Source of the DNA: Candidatus Limnocylindrus sp.
GTDB taxonomy: Bacteria > Chloroflexota > Limnocylindria > Limnocylindrales > Limnocylindraceae
Assembly (NCBI GenBank): GCA_040397255.1
Contig: JBBAWJ010000001.1
Location: forward strand, 1-51,849
Length of the DNA stretch: 51,849 nt
Reading direction: 5' to 3'
The notes under the pieces were generated by a model that had not been told where the DNA came from, did not search any database, and worked only from the letters and a program-made list of their open reading frames with translations. This document shows positions 1 through 13,396 of the stretch, one piece after another. The position numbers and the translations under genes were made by a program. Each line of letters starts with the position of its first letter. The first letter of the stretch is position 1.

Positions 1-4330
<4,330 letters not shown>

Positions 4331-4355
4331 ACCGTCGGGCGGGTAGGATTCCCGC

Positions 4356-4661
4356 ATGAGCGATCTAACCCGCGCCGAAGTTGAACGAGTCGCAGCACTT
4401 GCCCGCCTCGGGCTCACCAGCGACGAGCTAGGGAAGCTCCAGGGCGACCTGAACCTCATCCTGGAGCAGTGGGCCCACCTCGCCGATGTCGATACCTCGA
4501 GCGTCCCGCCGAGTGCACAGACGATCGTTCAGGCGATGCCCCTGCGTGACGACATCGCTGAGCCATCCCTCCCCGTTGACGACGCCCTACAGAACGCACC
4601 GGCCCGAAGCGGCGACTTTGTGCGCGTGCAGGCGATCCTCTCTGAGGAGGCCGACGGATGA
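4356..4661 (+). CDS. gatC: Asp/Glu-tRNA amidotransferase subunit C
   Basis: 101-aa ORF directly upstream of gatA with an ATGA overlap (4658-4661). The N-terminus VERVAALARLGLTSDEL and the size are typical of GatC. Confidence 0.85.
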   Translation: MSDLTRAEVERVAALARLGLTSDELGKLQGDLNLILEQWAHLADVDTSSVPPSAQTIVQAMPLRDDIAEPSLPVDDALQNAPARSGDFVRVQAILSEEADG

Positions 4662-6205
4662 GCGGGGAGAGCCTACGCCGCGCAACCGCGACCGAGCTGC
4701 GCGCCGCCTTTCAGTCGGGCGCCGCAACCTCGCGCACCGTCACCGACGAGTTCTTTGCCGCCATCGAACGAGAGGATGGCGTCCTTGGTGCATGGCTGCA
4801 CCTACGACATGAGGAGGCGCGCGCTGAGGCCGATCGCGCCGATGCGCGCTACGCGGCCGCACGTTCCGCTGGCCCCGCGGCGCTCAACGCACTCCCACCA
4901 CTCCTCGGCGTCCCCGTCGCGTTGAAGGACCTCGTCAACCTCACCGGAACTCCCACAACTGCGGGCTCACGAATCCTTGAGGGGTATGTCAGCCCGTACG
5001 ACGCCACCATCGCTGCGCGTTTGAAAGAGGCGGGTGCAGTCATTCTTGGCAAGACCAACATGGACGAGTTCGCCATGGGCTCATCGACAGAGTTCTCCGC
5101 ATACAAGAAGACGGTGAACCCGTGGGCGATCGACCGCGTCCCTGGCGGTTCGTCGGGTGGCTCCTCCGCAGCTGTTGCCGCGTTCCACGCCCCGCTCTCC
5201 ATCGGCACCGACACGGGTGGATCAATCCGTCAGCCCGCGAGCCTGACCGGCATCGTCGGCATGAAGCCGACCTACGGCCGCGTCTCGCGCTACGGCATCG
5301 TCGCGTTCGCATCGTCGCTCGATCAGGTTGGGCCATTTGCGCGCACGGCGCAGGATGCAGCACTCCTGCTGCACACGATTGCTGGCGCCGATGCGCACGA
5401 CGCCACAAGTTCACGCAGTCCGCTTGACGCGGTGCTGCTCAGCCTCCCGAGCGGTGATGCCGCCGCATCTGCCATTCGCGGCAAGCGATTCGCCCTACCG
5501 AAGGAGTACTTCGTTGCTGGCATGGAGGCTGGAGTTGAGCGCGCCGTTCGTGATGCGGTTGCGGCGCTTGAAGCTGCGGGCGGGATCGTGGAAGAGGTGA
5601 GCCTCCCAACTACCGAGCATGCGCTCGCGACCTACTACATCGTTGCGCCAGCAGAGGCTTCGGCCAACCTCGCTCGCTACGACGGAGTTCGCTACGGCGC
5701 ATCGAAGCACGGCGGCGGTGACCTCTTGAACGGCTATCTCGAGACGCGCGGTCGCGGCTTCGGTCCTGAGGTGCGACGACGAATCATGCTCGGCACCTAC
5801 GCACTCTCCGCGGGCTACTACGACGCCTATTACGTGAAGGCACAGAAGGTCCGCACCCTGATCGCGCGCGACTTTGATCGCATCTGGGTGGCCGGCTTCG
5901 ACGCCATCGTTGCACCTACTAGTCCACAAGTGGCCTGGAAGTTCGGTGCAAAGATGAGCGATCCGGTCTCCATGTACCTGGCTGACGCCTGCACCCTGCC
6001 CGCGAACATGGCGGGCCTCCCAGGGGTGAGCATTCCGTGCGGCCTCTCCGAGAACCTTCCTGTCGGACTGCAGCTGATCGGCAAGCCGTGGTCCGAGGCC
6101 GAACTCCTCAGCATCTCGGCCGGGTATGAGGCACTCACCGCAACCGCAGCATGGCGCGCAGTGGCGCCGCATGATCTCACCAAGCTCGGTGGAGGTGCAG
6201 CGTGA
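4658..6205 (+). CDS. gatA: Asp/Glu-tRNA amidotransferase subunit A
   Basis: 515 aa with the amidase signature GGSSGGSSAAVAA...GTDTGGSIRQPAS. Lies in gatC-gatA-gatB context. Confidence 0.95.
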   Translation: MSGESLRRATATELRAAFQSGAATSRTVTDEFFAAIEREDGVLGAWLHLRHEEARAEADRADARYAAARSAGPAALNALPPLLGVPVALKDLVNLTGTPTTAGSRILEGYVSPYDATIAARLKEAGAVILGKTNMDEFAMGSSTEFSAYKKTVNPWAIDRVPGGSSGGSSAAVAAFHAPLSIGTDTGGSIRQPASLTGIVGMKPTYGRVSRYGIVAFASSLDQVGPFARTAQDAALLLHTIAGADAHDATSSRSPLDAVLLSLPSGDAAASAIRGKRFALPKEYFVAGMEAGVERAVRDAVAALEAAGGIVEEVSLPTTEHALATYYIVAPAEASANLARYDGVRYGASKHGGGDLLNGYLETRGRGFGPEVRRRIMLGTYALSAGYYDAYYVKAQKVRTLIARDFDRIWVAGFDAIVAPTSPQVAWKFGAKMSDPVSMYLADACTLPANMAGLPGVSIPCGLSENLPVGLQLIGKPWSEAELLSISAGYEALTATAAWRAVAPHDLTKLGGGAA

Positions 6206-7386
6206 GCGACTTCGCGAAGCGCGCACTTGCCGATCGTGTCCACGCGGTGCCGCCGTCTGGCATCCGACGCTTCTTCGACATCGCCGCAACGATGAGCGAC
6301 GTGATCAGCCTCGGCGTGGGGGAGCCCGACTTCGACACTCCTGCACACATCGTTGAGGCGGCGGTGACGAGCCTGCGTGCTGGACGCACCCACTACACCT
6401 CGAACTACGGAACCATTGAGCTTCGCCGCGCCATTGCCGCGAAGATTCAGGAGCGCTCGGGGGTCACCTACGATCCAGAGAGCGAAATCATCATCACGGT
6501 CGGTGCCTCTGAGGCGGTTGACCTCGCCGTACGCGGCATCATCGGTACGGGCGATCGCATCGTGCTGCCAGAGCCGTCGTATGTCGCCTACCTCCCAGCG
6601 ATCGTCTTTGCGGGTGGAACCGCCGTACCGGTGGCGACGAGCGGCAGCGACAACTGGCGCCTCCACGTTGACGCCGTTGATGCCGCGGCGGCTGGCGCCA
6701 AGGCGCTCTTCCTCGGCTATCCGGCGAACCCAACGGGGGCCACCCTCGACGAGCCGACCCGCGAGGCGCTCGCCAAGATCTCCGTGGCACGGGACCTGGT
6801 GGTGATTAGCGACGAGATCTATGACCGACTTGTCTATGAGGGACCGGCGCACCGCGCAATGTCGGCCTACCCAGGGATGCGTGAGCGCACCATCCTGATC
6901 GGCGGCTTCTCGAAGTCCTACGCCATGACCGGGTGGCGCGTCGGCTTCCTCTGCGCGCCGAAGGAGATCGTTGCGGGCCTGGTCAAGATTCACCAGTACG
7001 CGATCATGAGCGCCCCAACGATTGCGCAGGATGCCGCCCTCGAGGCGCTGACGAACGGCGAGCCGGCGCTCGAGGAGATGCGCGCCGCCTACGCGCGACG
7101 TCGCACCATTGTGCTGGATGGCCTCGCCGCACTCAAACTACCAGCCGGTGCGCCACAAGGCGCCTTCTACGCCTTCCCCGACATTCGATCAACTGGCCTC
7201 ACCGACGAGCAGTTTGCTGAGCAGCTCCTTACCGAGGAGCGCGTTGCGGTCATTCCAGGATCCTCGTTCGGTGCCAGCGGCGTCGGGCATGTGCGCATCT
7301 GTTACGCCACCTCGGAGGAGAATCTGCGCGAGGCGCTGGTGCGCATCGGCCGCTTCGTTGCCAAGGCACGTGGAGTGACGGCATGA
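6202..7386 (+). CDS. PLP-dependent aminotransferase, class I/II (aspartate-aminotransferase-like)
   Basis: 394 aa with PLP-lysine motif GFSKSYAMTGWRVGF and YPANPTGA. The GTG start overlaps the gatA stop (GTGA 6202-6205) and the stop overlaps the gatB start (ATGA 7383-7386). Confidence 0.9.
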   Translation: MSDFAKRALADRVHAVPPSGIRRFFDIAATMSDVISLGVGEPDFDTPAHIVEAAVTSLRAGRTHYTSNYGTIELRRAIAAKIQERSGVTYDPESEIIITVGASEAVDLAVRGIIGTGDRIVLPEPSYVAYLPAIVFAGGTAVPVATSGSDNWRLHVDAVDAAAAGAKALFLGYPANPTGATLDEPTREALAKISVARDLVVISDEIYDRLVYEGPAHRAMSAYPGMRERTILIGGFSKSYAMTGWRVGFLCAPKEIVAGLVKIHQYAIMSAPTIAQDAALEALTNGEPALEEMRAAYARRRTIVLDGLAALKLPAGAPQGAFYAFPDIRSTGLTDEQFAEQLLTEERVAVIPGSSFGASGVGHVRICYATSEENLREALVRIGRFVAKARGVTA

Positions 7387-8816
7387 CCTGGCATGCGGTG
7401 ATCGGCATTGAGGTGCACGTGCAACTGCGCACGGTGACGAAGATGTTCTGTCCCTGCGCGATTCCGGCCGAGGGCGACCTGCCAAACAACAAGACCTGCC
7501 CAACCTGTCTCGGTCTCCCTGGCGCACTCCCAGTGCCGAACAAGGCGGCCATTGAGAAGGTCCTCGCCGTCGGCGCCGCGATCGGTGCCGCTGTGCCAGC
7601 AACCACGATCTGGGATCGCAAGAACTACTTCTACCCAGACCTCCCGAAGGGATACCAGATCAGCCAGCTCGACTTTCCACTCGCTGAGCACGGCACCATT
7701 GAGGTAACCACGAGTGCCGGCACGAGCCGCGTGCGCATTCGCCGCGCCCACCTCGAGGAGGACACAGCTCGACTACGCCACGAGAAGGGGGGCGACGGGA
7801 AGCGCTCCAGCCTGATCGACTACAACCGTTCGGGCGTCGCGCTCCTTGAGATCGTGACCGAACCCGACATTCGCGACGCTGAGACGGCCCGACGCTACGC
7901 CGAAGAGCTGCGCCTCCTGCTGCGCACGATCGGTGCAGCCGACGCCGAGATGGAGAACGGGCAGATGCGCGTTGAGGCAAATGTCTCGATCCGTCCAAGT
8001 GAAGAGGCGCCGTTCGGCACGCGCACCGAGGTGAAGAACATGAACTCCTTCCGATCCGTTGAGAAGGCGATTGCCTTTGAGATCGCGCGGCAGACCGAAG
8101 TCCTTGAGTCGGGCGGCACGATCACGCAAGAAACACGCGGCTGGGATGAGTCAAGCGAGAGCACCTACACGATGCGCGCGAAAGAAAACTCGCACGACTA
8201 CCGCTACTTCCCTGAGCCCGACCTGCCGCCACTCGCCATTGATTCAGCCTGGTTGGCGGGCATCGTTGCGAGCATCCCCGAGATCCCTTCTGCACGCCGA
8301 GCACGCTATGTGGAACAGCTTGCGCTCTCCGAATACGATGCCGCTGTCTTGGTCGGTGAGCCTCGTGCTGCGGCGCTCTTTGAGGCGTCACGCGCTGCAG
8401 ATGCAACGATTGATGCGAAGACTCTCGCCAACTGGGTGGCAGGCGAGTATCTCCGAGCGGCAAATGAGGGGGCTGCGGAGCCGGATCCGGCCCAATTCGC
8501 CGCGCTGATTGGCGCGGTCTCTCGCAAGGAGATCAATGGCACCACAGGGAAAGAACTCTTCGCCGAGCTCTTGGGCGGCAGCTTCGATGTGCGCGCGGCG
8601 ATCGCTGAGCGCGGGCTTGGGCAGATTAGTGACGACGGCGCCCTGAAGAAACTTGCTAGCGAGGTGCTCGCTGCGAACCCACAGGCGCTCGCCGACTGGA
8701 AGGCGGGGAAGCAGCAGGCGATCGGCTTCCTGGTTGGCCAGGCGATGAAGGCGAGCAAGGGGCGTGGCGACGCTGCCCAACTTGGCGCCGTCTTCAAGAC
8801 TCTGCTCGACGCCTAA
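7383..8816 (+). CDS. gatB: Asp/Glu-tRNA amidotransferase subunit B
   Basis: 477 aa with N-terminal VIGIEVHVQL and DYNRSGVALLEIVTEPD, plus a GatB/YqeY-like C-terminal domain. Confidence 0.95.
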   Translation: MTWHAVIGIEVHVQLRTVTKMFCPCAIPAEGDLPNNKTCPTCLGLPGALPVPNKAAIEKVLAVGAAIGAAVPATTIWDRKNYFYPDLPKGYQISQLDFPLAEHGTIEVTTSAGTSRVRIRRAHLEEDTARLRHEKGGDGKRSSLIDYNRSGVALLEIVTEPDIRDAETARRYAEELRLLLRTIGAADAEMENGQMRVEANVSIRPSEEAPFGTRTEVKNMNSFRSVEKAIAFEIARQTEVLESGGTITQETRGWDESSESTYTMRAKENSHDYRYFPEPDLPPLAIDSAWLAGIVASIPEIPSARRARYVEQLALSEYDAAVLVGEPRAAALFEASRAADATIDAKTLANWVAGEYLRAANEGAAEPDPAQFAALIGAVSRKEINGTTGKELFAELLGGSFDVRAAIAERGLGQISDDGALKKLASEVLAANPQALADWKAGKQQAIGFLVGQAMKASKGRGDAAQLGAVFKTLLDA

Positions 8817-9089
8817 GTGCTCGACCTGGTTCAACTCTTTGTTGGCGGTCTCGGCATCGCCGGGTTCGTCTACCTTGCACTCCGGCTCCCACCGCTCCTT
8901 CGAGCGCGAACAGAGTGGGCAAGCCGCGTCGGTGCAGCGACTCGCTATGAGGCGTGGCGCGGCACCCCGGGGAGTGGCCCCGACCTTGTCGATCGTCTCG
9001 AGGGTGAGCTCATCGCCAATCGACTCCGCAGGCTTGCCGGTGTTGGCGCCGCCTCAATTGCTGGGGTGCTACTCGCTCTCTTTGCCTAA
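8817..9089 (+). CDS. hypothetical small membrane protein
   Basis: 90-aa ORF with a GTG start immediately after the gatB stop. Hydrophobic segments lie at both ends (LFVGGLGIAGFVYLAL; GVGAASIAGVLLALFA). I recognise no family. Confidence 0.4.
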   Translation: MLDLVQLFVGGLGIAGFVYLALRLPPLLRARTEWASRVGAATRYEAWRGTPGSGPDLVDRLEGELIANRLRRLAGVGAASIAGVLLALFA

Positions 9090-9104
9090 GGCGATTGCCG
9101 TACG

Positions 9105-9623
9105 TTATCGGCCCGGCCCAGTAATCCCAAGGCGTGGCATTTCAATAACTGGGCAACGGTCTTGTACAAAGTGCATGCCAGCGTCGACTGCGATCGATGC
9201 GGCAGCGGGACTGACGATTCCGAGCTGCAGCCAGAGTCCGCGAGCGCCAATCGCGACGGCCTCGCGTGCCACCTCCTCGCACTCCTCGGAGCGCCGAAAG
9301 ACATCGACGAGGTCGATTCGTTCCCCAGCCGGAAGTGAGGCGGCAGCGGCACGGAGTGTTGGGTAGCAGGGGAGGCCTGCGACTCCGTCGCGCAGCGCTT
9401 CGGGCATGGGGTTGATCGGGAGGATCTGCCAGCCAGCTGCGGCGAGTGTGCGCAGTACGCCGTGGGAGGGGCGGTCTGGGCGCGGGGAGGCGCCGACGAC
9501 CGCAATGGTGCGACTCTCCGTCAGCATGCGGCGCATGAGCGCGTCTGCTGCGGCGGGATCGGGGGCGCCCCCTTCGGCGGCCTCTATGGTTGCCCGTAGT
9601 CGTGCGCGTTCCTGCTCATCCAT
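9105..9623 (-). CDS. CoA-binding domain protein (YccU/YneT-like)
   Basis: 172 aa. TIAVVGASPRPDRPSHGVLRTL...ILPINP matches the small CoA-binding Rossmann-like family. Confidence 0.7.
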   Translation of the reverse strand: MDEQERARLRATIEAAEGGAPDPAAADALMRRMLTESRTIAVVGASPRPDRPSHGVLRTLAAAGWQILPINPMPEALRDGVAGLPCYPTLRAAAASLPAGERIDLVDVFRRSEECEEVAREAVAIGARGLWLQLGIVSPAAASIAVDAGMHFVQDRCPVIEMPRLGITGPGR

Positions 9624-9629
9624 AGGGGG

Positions 9630-9635
9630 ATGGTA
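9630..9635 (-). promoter_or_regulatory. candidate -10 box TACCAT, 6 nt upstream of the CoA-binding gene ATG (leaderless geometry)
   Basis: Minus-strand reading is gTACCATcccccTATG. It matches TANNNT and there is no Shine-Dalgarno sequence. Confidence 0.3.
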
Positions 9636-9645
9636 CGCCGATCGC

Positions 9646-9651
9646 TAGACT
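9646..9651 (+). promoter_or_regulatory. candidate -10 box TAGACT, 7 nt upstream of the dnaE GTG (leaderless geometry)
   Basis: Sequence is gcTAGACTgccactcGTG. It matches TANNNT and no SD lies between the box and the start. Confidence 0.3.
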
Positions 9652-9658
9652 GCCACTC

Positions 9659-12600
9659 GTGAGCGCCAAGACTGATTTCACGCACCTCCACGTCCACAGC
9701 GAGTTCAGCCTGCTCGATGGCATGAGCAACCTGGAGGCGCTGATGGAGGAGACGAAGCGCCTCGGGATGGACTCCATCGCCCTCACCGACCATGGGGCCC
9801 TCTACGGCTCGGTCCAGTTCGTCCAGGAAGCGAAGAAGCATGGAATTAAGCCGATCATCGGCGTCGAGACGTACGTCGCTCGCCGTGGCATGCGCGACAA
9901 GGAGGGGAAGGCCGATCAGCAGCCGTTCCACCTCATTGCCCTCGCGACGAGCGCAACGGGCTATCGCAACCTCTGCCGGATCGTGACCGACGCACATCTG
10001 GATGGGCTTTACTACAAGCCGCGTACCGACCACGACCATCTTGCGCGGCACGCCGACGGCCTCGTCGGACTCTCGGGCTGCTTGAACGGCGAGATCGCAC
10101 GCGCGCTGGAGGTTGATGACTGGGAGCACGCGCGCGCGCTCGCTGGGAAGTACGGCGAAATCTTTGGGAAGGGGCGCTACTTCCTTGAGGTGCAAGATCA
10201 CGGACTCCCCGAGCAGCGTCGCCTGAACGAGCAGCTCTTCCGTCTCGCCCCCGAAGTGGGTCTGCCGCTCGTGTTGACGAACGACCTGCACTACGTCCGC
10301 GCCGACCAGCGTGATGCGCACGACGTGCTCCTCTGCATCGGCACGGCGAGCAACCTTGAGACACCGGGTCGCATGAAGTTCGGTTCTGGCGACTTCTATC
10401 TCAAGTCTCCAGAGCAGATGGCGGCGCTCTTCCCCGATCGCCCGGAGCTGCTCAAGAACACGCGGCTCATCGCCGAGATGGTGGACTTCAGCCTAGAACT
10501 CGGCACAACGCGCGTTCCAGACATCGAGGTGCCAGCGGGCGAGAGCGTCGAGACCTGGCTTACCAAGGAGGCCGAGCGAGGGCTCGTCCGTCGATTCGGC
10601 ACGCCGAGCGACACCGCACGTACGCGGCTCGAGTACGAACTCAGCGTGATCATCAAAATGGGGTACGCCGCCTATTTCCTTATCGTGGCCGACTTCGTGC
10701 GCTTCGCTCGAGAGCAGGGGATTGCCACCACCTGCCGAGGCAGTGCGCCTGGGTCGATCGTGACCTACGCGCTCGGTATCACGCCCGTAGATCCGCTGCA
10801 CTACGAGCTTCCGTTTGAGCGATTCCTGAACGAGGACCGCGTGACCATGCCCGATATTGACATTGACTTTGAAGATGGTCGCCGTGACGAGGTGATTCGC
10901 TACGTTTCGCAAAAGTATGGGGAAGACCGCGTTGCCCAGATCATCACCTTCGGCACGATGGCGGCGCGTGCATCAATCCGCGATGTGGGCCGTGTCCTGG
11001 GGAAGAGCTACAGCGAGGTTGACCGCATTGCGAAATCGGTTCCAGCCCTCGTCAACATCAGCCTTGCCCAGGCGCGAAAGTTTCCAGAGTTTGCAGCCTA
11101 CGCCGATGGCACGGAGTACAGCCAACTCATCGGCCTCGCTGAGCAGCTGGAAGGGGTGGTACGGAATGCCTCAACCCACGCGGCTGGGGTGGTGATCAGT
11201 CGCGAGCCACTCACAGAGATCATGGCTCTCCAGCGTGCGACGAACTCCGAGGGGGTCATGACGCAGATTGAGATGCACGGAGTTGAGGCGCTCGGCCTGC
11301 TGAAGTTTGACTTCCTCGGCTTGGCGAACTTGACGATCCTTCGCACCGCGGTTGAGCGTATCAAGGAGGCACGAGGCATTGAGATTGATCTTGACAAGAT
11401 TCCTCTCGACGACGCGAAGACGTTTGCCCTCCTCGCCTCGGGCGAGACGACCGGAATCTTCCAGCTTGAGTCCCCTGGGATGCGCCGCTATATCAAGGAG
11501 CTACGCCCGACGAGCGTCTTTGACATTGCGGCGATGGTGGCGCTCTATCGTCCGGGGCCCATGGCGAGCATCCCCACCTACATTCGCCGTAAGCATGGGA
11601 AGGAGGCGGTCACCTATCCGCACCCACTCCTTGAGCCAGTGTTGAAGCGAACCCAGGGGATCTTCGTCTTCCAGGAAGACGTTATGGCGGCCTCTGTTGC
11701 GCTTGCAGGCTTCAGCGGGGCCGAGGCGGACACACTCGGCTGGGCGATCCGAAAGAGGAAGGAAGACGTGTTGGAGAGTGTCCGCGCAGACTTCTATAAG
11801 GGCGCCGCAACCCGGGGTGTGAATCGCGGCGCCGTCGAGCAAGTCTTCAAGCTCATGGAGCCGTTTGCTGAGTACGGCTTCAACAAGGCACACGCCACCT
11901 GTTACGGCCTGATCGCCTACCAAACCGCGTACCTCAAGGCGAACTACACCGTGGAGTACATGACCAGTGTATTGAACGCCTTCCGGAGCAAAGAGGAGAA
12001 GGTCGCCGCTGCAATCGCGGAATGCCGCCGCCTTGGCATCCCAGTGCTCCCTCCAGATGTTGACTTCTCAAATCTCGACTTTGAGCCAGAGGGGGAGGCG
12101 ATCCGCTTCGGCCTCTTAGGGGTCAAGAATGTTGGAGCTACTGCCGCCGAGTCCATCGTTGCGGCGCGTGAGGCGGGGGAGCAGGCGGCCTCACTACAGG
12201 AGTTCTGTGAGCGGATTGATCTTCGACTCGCCAATAAGCGCGTCCTTGAAGCGCTGGCGAAGGTTGGGGCGCTCCGTCGCTTCGGCCACCCGGCACAAAT
12301 CCTGCTCGCCCTTGATGACGCGATCTCTGGCGGCTCCAGTGCGCAGCGCGAGCGCGCGGCGGGTCAGGTCGGTCTCTTTGATGCGATGCCTGAGCTTGCC
12401 GGGGCGGGGATCCCCGCCCTCCCACACGTCACGGAGGCTTCGACGCGCGAACGGCTGCGCTGGGAGCGCGAGCTGATGGGCGTCTATCTGAGCGATCACC
12501 CAATGAACGCGTTGGCTCCAGCGATGCAGCCGTATGTGGGCACCTTTGTTGGCGACTTTAGCGATGAGTCGTTCCGCGATGAGACGGCGACACTCGGCGC

Positions 12601-13348
12601 CATCGTCTTGAGCATTCGGCAGATGGTGACAAAGAAGGGTGCCCCCATGGCGATCATCACCGTGGAAGATCTCACCGGGAGCATGGAGGTTGTGGCCTTC
12701 TCGCAAGTGTGGGAGTCGACGAAGAGCTCCTGGATCGAGGGCGAGGGGATTCTCATCGCCGGTCGCACCGAGCAGCGCGGTGAGGAGTGGTCGCTTCTCG
12801 TTGAGTCCGTCGTTCCGTGGGAGGAGGCGACGCGCCTCAGCGCCGACGCAGTTCGCTCCAGGCTCACCGTTTCGAGAGGGGGGCGACGCTTCGCAAAACG
12901 TTCTGTCGCGCCGCTCCCAAATGGCGGGATTCCGGCGGGCATGGTGCCTGAAGGGATGGAGACGAGTGCACCGCTCATGCCGGAGCGCGCACCCGCCGAA
13001 TTTGATGCGTCAGTCGCGGTCGAGGCGCCACCTGTAGAGCCGCTCGCTGGGGCTATGTCGAATCCCGATCCGGCAGAGATTCCCGCAGGCGCGGTGCTGC
13101 ACATCAAGTTCAAGGCGCGCCAGTCGGTTGAGGAGACGATTCGTGCCATGGAGATCGTGAAGGGGGAGCTGCGTGCGCGTCCAGGGGCGACCCGTGTGGT
13201 GGTGCATATCCCGCAGGGGGGTGGCGCCCAACTCTTGCCGATGGAGCAGCGCAACGGTGTCGCATGGGATGCGGGCCTTCCCGCGATCCTGCGCGACCGC
13301 GTGGGCGGCGATGGGATCGAATTGGAGCTGATCTCCCCCGCAATCTGA
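9659..13348 (+). CDS. dnaE: DNA polymerase III alpha subunit
   Basis: 1229 aa with PHP domain N-terminus FTHLHVHSEFSLLDG, polymerase core (PDIDIDF, GLLKFDFLGL) and an OB-fold region. The size leaves no room for an intein. Confidence 0.95.
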   Translation: MSAKTDFTHLHVHSEFSLLDGMSNLEALMEETKRLGMDSIALTDHGALYGSVQFVQEAKKHGIKPIIGVETYVARRGMRDKEGKADQQPFHLIALATSATGYRNLCRIVTDAHLDGLYYKPRTDHDHLARHADGLVGLSGCLNGEIARALEVDDWEHARALAGKYGEIFGKGRYFLEVQDHGLPEQRRLNEQLFRLAPEVGLPLVLTNDLHYVRADQRDAHDVLLCIGTASNLETPGRMKFGSGDFYLKSPEQMAALFPDRPELLKNTRLIAEMVDFSLELGTTRVPDIEVPAGESVETWLTKEAERGLVRRFGTPSDTARTRLEYELSVIIKMGYAAYFLIVADFVRFAREQGIATTCRGSAPGSIVTYALGITPVDPLHYELPFERFLNEDRVTMPDIDIDFEDGRRDEVIRYVSQKYGEDRVAQIITFGTMAARASIRDVGRVLGKSYSEVDRIAKSVPALVNISLAQARKFPEFAAYADGTEYSQLIGLAEQLEGVVRNASTHAAGVVISREPLTEIMALQRATNSEGVMTQIEMHGVEALGLLKFDFLGLANLTILRTAVERIKEARGIEIDLDKIPLDDAKTFALLASGETTGIFQLESPGMRRYIKELRPTSVFDIAAMVALYRPGPMASIPTYIRRKHGKEAVTYPHPLLEPVLKRTQGIFVFQEDVMAASVALAGFSGAEADTLGWAIRKRKEDVLESVRADFYKGAATRGVNRGAVEQVFKLMEPFAEYGFNKAHATCYGLIAYQTAYLKANYTVEYMTSVLNAFRSKEEKVAAAIAECRRLGIPVLPPDVDFSNLDFEPEGEAIRFGLLGVKNVGATAAESIVAAREAGEQAASLQEFCERIDLRLANKRVLEALAKVGALRRFGHPAQILLALDDAISGGSSAQRERAAGQVGLFDAMPELAGAGIPALPHVTEASTRERLRWERELMGVYLSDHPMNALAPAMQPYVGTFVGDFSDESFRDETATLGAIVLSIRQMVTKKGAPMAIITVEDLTGSMEVVAFSQVWESTKSSWIEGEGILIAGRTEQRGEEWSLLVESVVPWEEATRLSADAVRSRLTVSRGGRRFAKRSVAPLPNGGIPAGMVPEGMETSAPLMPERAPAEFDASVAVEAPPVEPLAGAMSNPDPAEIPAGAVLHIKFKARQSVEETIRAMEIVKGELRARPGATRVVVHIPQGGGAQLLPMEQRNGVAWDAGLPAILRDRVGGDGIELELISPAI

Positions 13349-13396
13349 GGAATATCCAGCCCTGCAGGTTTATGCAGAAGAGGGGAGAATAGGGGT

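Noticed and set aside
5830-6993. 387-aa minus-strand ORF antisense to gatA and the aminotransferase. Similar long antisense ORFs: 17146-18696 (516 aa), 15490-16548 (352 aa), 12496-13407 (303 aa), 24390-25247 (285 aa), 33393-34256 (287 aa), 40654-41451 (265 aa), 3661-4398 (245 aa), 9584-10321 (245 aa).
   Set aside because: Each lies opposite a gene with unmistakable conserved motifs. Their translations are Arg/Ser/Pro/Ala-rich low-complexity strings, as expected from stop-codon-poor antisense frames in GC-rich DNA. No start-site signals are present.
8764-9366. 200-aa plus-strand ORF spanning the gatB end, the small membrane ORF and the antisense strand of the CoA-binding gene.
   Set aside because: Ser/Pro/Arg-rich composition. 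It overlaps two better-supported genes in other frames or on the other strand.
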